Shown in pieces: positions 9,343-17,215 of a stretch of 21,079 nt of DNA. The notes beneath the pieces are model-generated. The model saw only the letters and a list, made by a program, of their open reading frames with translations, did not search any database and was not told where the DNA came from. This DNA is from Myxococcota bacterium (GTDB lineage: Bacteria; Myxococcota; SpSt-1050), in NCBI GenBank assembly GCA_049969675.1, contig JBMFOP010000055.1, forward strand, positions 1 to 21,079, written 5' to 3'. Position 1 is the stretch's first letter, and every line of letters begins with the position of its first letter. A program made the translations under genes and the position numbers.

Positions 9343-10142
9343 TGATAGATTCCATCTCTGTAATTGCAGGGAACGGTGAGCTTCCGTTAAAGGTATTGCA
9401 CAATGTTAAAAAGATGGGGATAAATGCGGATGTGATTGGCATAGAAGGGGAGTATGATAGAAAGATTATTCCCCTTTGCAACAGATTTGAGAGCATAAGA
9501 TTCTACGAGATAGAGAGGGGAATTGAGATTCTAAAAAGATTTCAAAATGAAGATATAATATTTGTGGGTGGTGTCAGCAAGATAGGTCTATTAAACATAT
9601 TCAGACCTGATGTGTTGAAGAAGATATTACAACTAAAATCACTCTCGGATGAAAATATATTTAAAGGGGTTATAAACCTCATAAGCAATTCTGGATTCAG
9701 AATAATTAGTTTTACAAAGTTTTATAAAGAGGGAATTGTAAAGGAAGGGGTTTTGTGTGGAAGAGATCCTGAAGAGCGGATTATAAATGATGCCTTATAT
9801 GGAAGGGATTTTATTAAGCACAACTCTTTATATTCAACAGGTCAGTCAGTTATTGTAAAAAATGAGAATATTGTAGCGGTTGAAACAATATATGGGACTG
9901 ATAATATGTTACAATATTTTTTAAAGAATAGACTCAATAATTCTGTCTTTGTCAAATGTTCAAAGGATAATCAGGATATGAGGATTGACCTCCCTTCTAT
10001 AGGTAGGAAGACCATTGACCTCTTATACAAAGCAAAAATTGAATGGGTGTTTATGGAATCAGGGAAGACTGTTATTATAGGAGACAACGATACAATTAAG
10101 TATGCCTTAAAGAAGGGAATTAATATATGCGGGATAAGATAA
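9342..10142 (+). CDS. lpxI: UDP-2,3-diacylglucosamine pyrophosphatase LpxI family (divergent)
   Basis: IAGNGELP, GQSVIV, AVExxxGTD, QDMRIDLPSIG. It overlaps the lpxA stop by 1 bp (TAATG), the usual position for lpxI. Confidence 0.85.
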   Translation: MIDSISVIAGNGELPLKVLHNVKKMGINADVIGIEGEYDRKIIPLCNRFESIRFYEIERGIEILKRFQNEDIIFVGGVSKIGLLNIFRPDVLKKILQLKSLSDENIFKGVINLISNSGFRIISFTKFYKEGIVKEGVLCGRDPEERIINDALYGRDFIKHNSLYSTGQSVIVKNENIVAVETIYGTDNMLQYFLKNRLNNSVFVKCSKDNQDMRIDLPSIGRKTIDLLYKAKIEWVFMESGKTVIIGDNDTIKYALKKGINICGIR

Positions 10143-11065
10143 GAGTAGGAATAATAGGCATGGGGTATATGGGGAATATCCATCTCTCTAAATTGAGTTC
10201 AAATCCCGATTGCGTAGTTAATGCCATATATGATATAGATAAGAGGAGGTATTCAGTAATAAAAGATTCTAAAATAAACAGGTGTAGAAGAGTAGAGGAG
10301 ATACTAAGATATTCAGATGCTGTTGTTATTGCATCACCATCTATTACTCATCTTGAATATCTAAAATTTTTCCTCTCAAATGGTATTCATTGCCTCTGTG
10401 AGAAACCACCAGTTATATATTCAAAAGATTTGACAGAGTTAAATGCGATTGCGAAAGAGAAGAATATTGTCTTTAATGTTGTTATGCCCGAAAAGGAGAA
10501 TCCTGTAGTCAAATATATTATGCAAACAACTGAGAATAAGGGATATGTCTTTCAATCAGACCGCGTTGCACCATTTTCTAAAAGAAGTACAGATATATCA
10601 GTACTTTACGATATAATGATTCACGATATTGATATTTTGCTCAGGATAATCCCATTCAGGATAAAGAGAGTAAATGCAACAGGACTCTCTGTTTTGACTG
10701 GAGAGGTTGATATCTTAAATGTAAGAATTGAATATAATAGTGGTTCATTTGCAATTTTAAATGCCAGCCGATTGGCGATGGAAAAGAAGAGAAGAATCAG
10801 GATATTTTATAAAGGCGGATATATATCAGCCGACCTCCTGAATTTGACTTATAGTCATATTCTATTAAGAAGAAAAAATATGATTCCACAAAATCATAAA
10901 TTTAATTTAGAAAATTCAGACCCAATAAATTTAATTGATAAAGATTTTATAGAGATGATTCTCTTAAGTAAATTAGAGGGCAAATATTCAGCATCAAATC
11001 TTGTTCAAACTATAGGACTCTGTAACTATATTGAAAGGAAAATAATTTCAAAAGATGTAAATTAA
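10127..11065 (+). CDS. Gfo/Idh/MocA-family NAD-dependent oxidoreductase (GnnA-like by context)
   Basis: IGMGYMG, ASPSITH, LCEKP, DIMIHDID, ASRL...KKRRIRIF. Overlaps the end of lpxI by 16 bp. Confidence 0.85.
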   Translation: MRDKIRVGIIGMGYMGNIHLSKLSSNPDCVVNAIYDIDKRRYSVIKDSKINRCRRVEEILRYSDAVVIASPSITHLEYLKFFLSNGIHCLCEKPPVIYSKDLTELNAIAKEKNIVFNVVMPEKENPVVKYIMQTTENKGYVFQSDRVAPFSKRSTDISVLYDIMIHDIDILLRIIPFRIKRVNATGLSVLTGEVDILNVRIEYNSGSFAILNASRLAMEKKRRIRIFYKGGYISADLLNLTYSHILLRRKNMIPQNHKFNLENSDPINLIDKDFIEMILLSKLEGKYSASNLVQTIGLCNYIERKIISKDVN

Positions 11066-11080
11066 AGTTGAATAGTTAAA

Positions 11081-11155
<75 letters not shown>

Positions 11156-11166
11156 ATCCACTAATT

Positions 11167-11194
11167 AAATTATCTAAAATTTTCTGATTGTCAA
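11167..11194 (-). promoter_or_regulatory. Possible promoter of the tRNA-Gly gene
   Basis: On the minus strand: TTGACA (11194-11189), 16 nt, TAATTT (11172-11167), 11 nt upstream of the tRNA 5' end. Confidence 0.45.
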
Positions 11195-11260
11195 GTATGT
11201 TTTATAGTGATTGTCAAATGTTTATTTCAGGATTGATTATCGTTTAAAAGTTGAAAAAGA

Positions 11261-12598
11261 TTAATCCCGTTCGTATTCAGCCTTATAATAATCCCACCCC
11301 AGGTGAGTAATCAGGTCTTCACCAATCATATATCTGAGCGTATTTTTCAGCTTCATCTGCTGGATAAACAGGTCATGTTCCGGATACAGTCCCTCTTTAA
11401 CCTGTGGGGATTTGAAATAGAAAGATAGCCACTCCTGAATACCAGACATCTTTGCTCTCTGCGCAAGGTCCATAAATAAGACGAGGTCCAGAACGACAGG
11501 GGCGGCTAAAATTGAATCACGACACAAGAAATTTACCTTTATCTGCATAGGATAGCCAAGCCATCCAAAAATATCAATATTATCCCAACCCTCTTTATTG
11601 TCTCCCCTTGGCGGGTAGTATTCAATCCTCACTTTGTGGGTAAAATCACCATAGAGTTCGGGGTAAAGTTCGGGCTGTAAAATAGTATCAAGTACTGAGA
11701 GTTTGGAGACCTCTTTACTCTTAAATGAGCCCGGGTCATCCAGCACCTCACCATCGCGGTTGCCGAGGATATTTGTTGAGAACCATCCATCAAGTCCAAG
11801 AAGTCTCGCCTTGAGACCTGGCGCCAGAATCGTCTTCATAAGTGTCTGTCCGGTCTTAAAATCCTTCCCTGCGATAGGGAGATGTTTGATATGAGCAAGC
11901 TCTTCAATTGCCTTAATATCGCAAGCCATATTTGGAGAGCCATTAATAAATGGCACACCTGCCATCAGTGATGCATAGGCGTATATCTGCGAGGGGGCGA
12001 TATCTGGGGAATTCTTCTTTAATGCCGCTTCAAAATTCTTAAGGTTATTATGAACCTTTGTAGGCTTCTTATATACCTCTGTGGAGGCACACCATATTGT
12101 GACAGCCCTACTTAATCTGTTCTTCTTTTTAAAATCTTCTATATCTTTAATCAACATCTGAGCAAGTTCATATTTATTTCGAGCCGTTTTTTTATTAGGT
12201 CCATCAAGTTTTCTCACATAGTTCTTATCAAATACTGCCTTCATCGGTTTAATCTCTTTGAGCTCATCTTTTATAGGGTCTATATCCTTTCGATCAAGAA
12301 CTCCGGCCTTTTTTGCTACCTCGTATGCATCATCTTCAAATATATCCCAGGCTGCAAAGAGAATATCATTAAGATCTGCCAGCGGAACAACATCTTTAAT
12401 CAATGGAAACCTCTTCTGGTCCCTTCTGCCAAGTCTTATGGTCCCCATCTGAGTGAGAGAACCAATTGGCTTACCAAGTCCTTTTCTTGAAAGTATTACA
12501 CCTGCGATAAAGGTAGTTGCAACTGCCCCAAGGCCAGGTATAAATACCCCAAGTTTACCTTCTGGACTTTCAATATTTATCTTATTCTTCTCCTTCAT
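11261..12598 (-). CDS. ino1: myo-inositol-1-phosphate synthase
   Basis: GLGAVATT, NGSPN, GKDFKTGQT, NILGNRDG, RGDNKEGWD, CRDSILAAP, FYFKSP. RBS AGGAG at 12610-12606. Confidence 0.96.
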   Translation of the reverse strand: MKEKNKINIESPEGKLGVFIPGLGAVATTFIAGVILSRKGLGKPIGSLTQMGTIRLGRRDQKRFPLIKDVVPLADLNDILFAAWDIFEDDAYEVAKKAGVLDRKDIDPIKDELKEIKPMKAVFDKNYVRKLDGPNKKTARNKYELAQMLIKDIEDFKKKNRLSRAVTIWCASTEVYKKPTKVHNNLKNFEAALKKNSPDIAPSQIYAYASLMAGVPFINGSPNMACDIKAIEELAHIKHLPIAGKDFKTGQTLMKTILAPGLKARLLGLDGWFSTNILGNRDGEVLDDPGSFKSKEVSKLSVLDTILQPELYPELYGDFTHKVRIEYYPPRGDNKEGWDNIDIFGWLGYPMQIKVNFLCRDSILAAPVVLDLVLFMDLAQRAKMSGIQEWLSFYFKSPQVKEGLYPEHDLFIQQMKLKNTLRYMIGEDLITHLGWDYYKAEYERD

Positions 12599-12708
12599 CT
12601 CTATACTCCTTTCAATTAATAAGGGAAAATATTGATAAATCCATTATCTGAATAAGTCAATTATTATTTTGAATTTTCTAAAAAATCATACTTGAAAAAT
12701 CACCATTT

Positions 12709-12717
12709 TGGTATAAT
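12709..12717 (+). promoter_or_regulatory. Extended -10 promoter element upstream of the 12756 gene
   Basis: TGGTATAAT (TGnTATAAT) at 12709-12717, in the divergent intergenic region. A TTGAAA at 12692-12697 is only 14 nt away, which is non-optimal spacing. Confidence 0.5.
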
Positions 12718-12755
12718 ATGCGATAAGTGTTTATAGGTATCAGGCATACAATATT

Positions 12756-13529
12756 ATGAATTTTCTGGATAAGATAAGATCTATTTTTAGCAGAAAGAAA
12801 CCTTTAGAGGATAATGAGCCCTCAAACAATGTGGTCAAAAATATCCAATCACCGCCTATATCTGTTGCAAATAAGAGTGAAAAAAAAGAGAATAGAGAGA
12901 TAAGACATATTCATTCGGTAACTGAGGCAAGTCTATGCAGGACCTCTTATGGAATATGTAAATTGAGAGAAGATGGTAGTAAGAGGTATCTAATCTTTCC
13001 GCAGCAGATGGATGTAAAATATATCCCTTTTGTAGAGAACGAGATTATTGAGGCGGTATATACAATTGACACATCAAATTTTATTAGAGATGACTCGGGT
13101 AGATTTGTCTACGAAATAATTGATTCTGCACAATTCTTTATGCTCTCAAAGGAGCAGAAGGAAGAGATTTCCGCAGACTTGAAGAAGAGAGGAATTCAAT
13201 ACAGATTCCCACAGGAGATAGATAATTATAATGCAGTTATGGATATATTAAGGTCGTCTCAGATACTTATGAGAAATCAGGATTCAGACTGGTTTGAAAT
13301 GGAGAGATTTTTATCCAATATAATGGAAATAAAAGGTAGCAATACTTATAAAGAACTACAGTTGATAAGGCTTAAGGATGGTAAGAGATATATTCTCATA
13401 ATTAATCAGATTATAGCCAATGTAGTTGAATATGGACCGGCTTTTATGAATATTTATGAGCCGGGCGCAGTAAAAATCAGTTATCGGGACGGATATGCCT
13501 TTATTGCCCCACTCGGCAAACCAGGATAA
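12756..13529 (+). CDS. Hypothetical protein, 257 aa
   Basis: Long ORF with normal composition. Amphipathic N-terminus MNFLDKIRSIFSRKK followed by a low-complexity linker. No family recognised. Confidence 0.8.
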   Translation: MNFLDKIRSIFSRKKPLEDNEPSNNVVKNIQSPPISVANKSEKKENREIRHIHSVTEASLCRTSYGICKLREDGSKRYLIFPQQMDVKYIPFVENEIIEAVYTIDTSNFIRDDSGRFVYEIIDSAQFFMLSKEQKEEISADLKKRGIQYRFPQEIDNYNAVMDILRSSQILMRNQDSDWFEMERFLSNIMEIKGSNTYKELQLIRLKDGKRYILIINQIIANVVEYGPAFMNIYEPGAVKISYRDGYAFIAPLGKPG

Positions 13530-13544
13530 AGACCGGAGGTCCTT

Positions 13545-14849
13545 ATGTCACAGATGTTTCGTGAGATTGAGTTTGAATTTGATGAATCACAGGGCTCATT
13601 TGTCCCTACCTCAAAAATTGTCAATTATATCAAGAATTATATTATCGCAGGGAATATTGAAGAGGCGGTAAGTGCATATCAATCCTGCAAAGAGGATATT
13701 GGGGAGCTGGTCTTTAATGAGTTTAAGAGTTCAAGCAAGGTTACCCTGCGTTCAGTCGGAGAGATGTTTAAACAGGCGCGTGACTACAATATGGCAATTA
13801 AGTGTTTTATGATAACACAAAATTTTGAAGAGGTGGCAAAGTTATACGAGAAGAATTATGAGTTTGATAAAGCGGCTCAGATGTATGAGAAATTGAATCT
13901 CCTTGAGAATGCTGCACAAGATTATGAACGTTGTAAGCAATATGAGAAGGCTATTGAATTGTACAGGAAGATTGGGAATACTGAAAAGGTTATCAATTGT
14001 GAAAGGGCGATAGGTAAATTCACTGATGCCGCCGAGCAGGCAATTGGTAATAATATGAGTGCAGATGCCATTGAGATGCTCAGGAAGGTTCCACCAGCCG
14101 ATGAGAAATTTCCTGATGCAAGAATTAAACTTGCAAACATCCTGATTCAGAAGGGGAATCTGGCAATGGCGCTCAAATTTCTGATTGAGGGCTGCAAGAT
14201 GACGGGGATCAATCAGAAGAGTCTGGAGATGTTTTATAGGGCTGGTGTTCTTGCTACAGAACTCAACTATAAAGACCACGCCATAAAATTATTTAAGATA
14301 ATTCAGAGCATTTCACCTGATTACAGAGATGTTCAGGACAGACTATCGTTTATAGAGGGAGGCATTAAACTCCCCGAATTGTCTCAATTTGTTGAAGAGG
14401 AGAGTGGTTATACCTCTGTTATGCTGGATGCAGATAAGATTGGAAAGATACCGATATTTGATATGTTGAGTATGAATGAACTCAAACTTATCTATTCAAT
14501 GTGTTCACAGAGAAACTTTAAACCCAAAGATGATATTATCAAAAGTGGTGTAATTCCAGATGGGCTTATAGTTATTAGAGAAGGGATTGTAGATGTTTTG
14601 GTAGGCGATAATATAATTGCCTCTCTCAAAGATGGCGATTATATAGGTGAGATGAGTATGATTCTCGGCGAGCCTCCGTCTGCAAATTGTATTGCCCACA
14701 CAGATGTAAAGACATATATAATCAATCGTAATAAATTTATGGCTATGTTAGATTCTGACATTCAATTTGCAAGCAAGATATATAAGATGTTTGCCTTTGA
14801 ACTTGCCAGAAGACTTGCAAGAACCAATAAGATTCTCAATGAGAGATAG
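13545..14849 (+). CDS. TPR/helical-repeat protein with a C-terminal cyclic-nucleotide-binding-like domain
   Basis: Repeats such as FDKAAQMYEK, LENAAQDYER, YEKAIELYRK and PDYRDV. C-terminal IPIFDMLS...LIVIREGIVDV...LKDGDYIGEMS...SANCIA. RBS GGAGG. Confidence 0.85.
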   Translation: MSQMFREIEFEFDESQGSFVPTSKIVNYIKNYIIAGNIEEAVSAYQSCKEDIGELVFNEFKSSSKVTLRSVGEMFKQARDYNMAIKCFMITQNFEEVAKLYEKNYEFDKAAQMYEKLNLLENAAQDYERCKQYEKAIELYRKIGNTEKVINCERAIGKFTDAAEQAIGNNMSADAIEMLRKVPPADEKFPDARIKLANILIQKGNLAMALKFLIEGCKMTGINQKSLEMFYRAGVLATELNYKDHAIKLFKIIQSISPDYRDVQDRLSFIEGGIKLPELSQFVEEESGYTSVMLDADKIGKIPIFDMLSMNELKLIYSMCSQRNFKPKDDIIKSGVIPDGLIVIREGIVDVLVGDNIIASLKDGDYIGEMSMILGEPPSANCIAHTDVKTYIINRNKFMAMLDSDIQFASKIYKMFAFELARRLARTNKILNER

Positions 14850-14854
14850 GGATT

Positions 14855-16174
14855 ATGCTTAACACAGATGTATTTATAATTGGTGCAGGCCCGGCGGGTA
14901 TCAGTACAGCCTATTTTCTTAAATCGCACAGTGTGACAATTGTGGAGAAAGAGGAGAGGGCTGGTGGCCTGATGAAGACCGACTACTATGAGAATTCATA
15001 TTTTGATAAGACAGGACATCTTCTACATCTCAAAACAGAGGAACTCAAAAGAATTATTGAGTATGAACTAAATGTACCTTTGAAACATATAAAGCGAAAT
15101 TCAAAGATCTTCTCTCATAATGTATTTACTGAATATCCATTCCAGATCAATCTATATGGACTTCCAAAGGAAGTAATTGCAAGATGCCTTAAGAATTTTT
15201 TGGCTGTTAGATTGACAAAAAAGAAGAGGAGATATAACACTTTCAAGGATTTTATTTACGGTGAATTTGGAACTGGCATAGCAGAAGAATTCTTGATTCC
15301 ATATAACTCAAAGATATGGACGGTGAACCCGGAAGAGATGTCTGCTGGATTTTGTGAAAAATATATCCCAATTCCTCAAATTGAGGATGTAATTGATGGT
15401 GCCCTCGGTATTACAAAGAGCGATGTGGGATATAACTCTTCATTTTATTATCCGGAAAGAGGCGGAATTGAATCTATCATTAAAGGATTTTTAAGAAAAT
15501 TATTTGTAGATATCATTTACAGGACACAGCCCACCAGAATAAATCTAAAAAGACAGGAGGTAATACTATCAAACAACTTAGTATACAAATATAAATTTCT
15601 GGTCTCCACTATGCCTTTAAATCAGTTCATAAATATTATTGAGGATGCGCCAGAGGAGATAAAAAGGTCAGCAGAAAAGTTAAGAAATACAGAGGTATGT
15701 TACTTTAATATCATTACAAAGAGAGTGACTGATAATATCCCACATTGGGTATATTTGCCAGAGAGAGATATCCCATTTTATAGAATAGGGTCATACTCGG
15801 CTTTTGAAAGGTCTCTGACAGAAGAACAATACAATACATTCTATCTGGAATTTTCATACAAAGGTAAAACAATCTGTGATTCAGGGAATCTGGAGAGAAG
15901 GATACCGCCACTCTTAAAAAGACTTGGATTTATAAGAGATGATGCTGATATAATCAGTATCAGGCCATTCTTTATCAACTGTGCTTATGTCATCTTTGAC
16001 CGAAATTATCAGAAGGCTACATCAACTATATTTGATTTTCTACAAAAAAGAGGGGTATTCAGTATTGGTAGATATGGTAGATGGGAATATTCAGCAATGC
16101 AGGATGCATTATTGCAGGGGAAAGAGACAGCCGAAGCCATTTTGAAGAAGGGCAAAATTGACAGGAAGAGATAA
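14855..16174 (+). CDS. FAD-dependent oxidoreductase (HemY-like / UDP-galactopyranose mutase-like family)
   Basis: IIGAGPAGI, EKEERAGGL, FDKTGHLLH, YPFQ, PYNSKIW, FYYPERGG, VSTMPL, GRYGRWEYSAMQDA. Confidence 0.8.
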   Translation: MLNTDVFIIGAGPAGISTAYFLKSHSVTIVEKEERAGGLMKTDYYENSYFDKTGHLLHLKTEELKRIIEYELNVPLKHIKRNSKIFSHNVFTEYPFQINLYGLPKEVIARCLKNFLAVRLTKKKRRYNTFKDFIYGEFGTGIAEEFLIPYNSKIWTVNPEEMSAGFCEKYIPIPQIEDVIDGALGITKSDVGYNSSFYYPERGGIESIIKGFLRKLFVDIIYRTQPTRINLKRQEVILSNNLVYKYKFLVSTMPLNQFINIIEDAPEEIKRSAEKLRNTEVCYFNIITKRVTDNIPHWVYLPERDIPFYRIGSYSAFERSLTEEQYNTFYLEFSYKGKTICDSGNLERRIPPLLKRLGFIRDDADIISIRPFFINCAYVIFDRNYQKATSTIFDFLQKRGVFSIGRYGRWEYSAMQDALLQGKETAEAILKKGKIDRKR

Positions 16175-17132
16175 AATAATCTGGGCATTATATATTAATC
16201 ACAGATGTAATCTTAATTGTAATTACTGTTATTTAAGAAAGGCCCAGGACAATAGGGTTATTAAGAGAGATAGCCTGCGATGTATAATTGATTTTATTTA
16301 TAAATTTAATAGAGAAAATTTGAGGGAGGTGGAGCTCGGCTTTTTCGGGAAAGAACCTCTTTTAAATTTTGATATAATTAAATATGCAGTCTCTTACATA
16401 AAGGAGAGTAATTACAAGATCGGGCTCTCTATTAATACGAATGGTACTCTATTGAATAATAAAATCTACAACTATTTGAGAGAGAATAATTTCAGAATCA
16501 TTCTTTCAATAGATAAAGCAATTTCAAATAAAAATAGACCTGATTTGTTTAAATCATTTGACAGGAGAAATATTAAGGTTAGAACTACAATTAATTCTAA
16601 GAATATCCTTTACCTTTCTGAAATATTGACCGATTTTTACATCTCCGGGTTTACGAATATAAGTGTTGCATTTGATTATACCGATAAGGGGTTAAGGTCT
16701 ATCCCTATAAGATCTATCTCTGATAGTATCCTTGAATCGTTAATTGTATATTTAAAAATTAAGGAATCAAACAATATCTTCTCTGTACCCATATTGGACA
16801 GGATAATGGATATAAAATTATCAAAAGACAGAGCAAGATTTATAACCACTCCCTTCTGTCAGATCGGGCATAAAATCTTCTCTATTGATATGAACGGAGA
16901 TATCTACCCCTGTTGGAGATTTATAGGTGAAAAGAGATATATTATAGGAAACGCTATTGGAGAAAAAATTTTTGGTAGAAAATATTCTATAGATATTAAA
17001 AGAGAAGACATAAGAGATATCTTGCCTTTTGACTATATATGTTATTGGGCATACTTACAGGGTAATTATGTATTGAGAAATAATCTTAAAGTACTCTCAT
17101 CATTCAAAAATGTGTTGCGATCTATAAGATAA
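16158..17132 (+). CDS. Radical SAM protein with a partial SPASM/Twitch domain
   Basis: CNLNCNYCY (CxxxCxxC), FFGKEPLLN, INTNGTLL, LSID, C-x12-G-x4-C (CQIG...GDIYPC). TTG start overlapping the upstream gene by 17 bp. Confidence 0.88.
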   Translation: MTGRDKIIWALYINHRCNLNCNYCYLRKAQDNRVIKRDSLRCIIDFIYKFNRENLREVELGFFGKEPLLNFDIIKYAVSYIKESNYKIGLSINTNGTLLNNKIYNYLRENNFRIILSIDKAISNKNRPDLFKSFDRRNIKVRTTINSKNILYLSEILTDFYISGFTNISVAFDYTDKGLRSIPIRSISDSILESLIVYLKIKESNNIFSVPILDRIMDIKLSKDRARFITTPFCQIGHKIFSIDMNGDIYPCWRFIGEKRYIIGNAIGEKIFGRKYSIDIKREDIRDILPFDYICYWAYLQGNYVLRNNLKVLSSFKNVLRSIR

Positions 17133-17215
17133 ATTCATCGTTGAAAATTCTTTATTATTGAGATTTTTTGATATAAAAGAGTCTCTGGATTTATCTTTGA
17201 GGGAGTTAAATTGAT

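Noticed and set aside
12630..12648. Fur-box-like GATAA-N5-TTATC upstream of ino1
   Set aside because: Only 11 of 19 positions match the classical Fur consensus and the half-site spacing is wrong. Such a match is easily random in AT-rich DNA.
13532..13542. GACC-GGA-GGTC mini-hairpin over the RBS of the 13545 gene
   Set aside because: A 4-bp stem with a 3-nt loop is too weak to support a regulatory claim.
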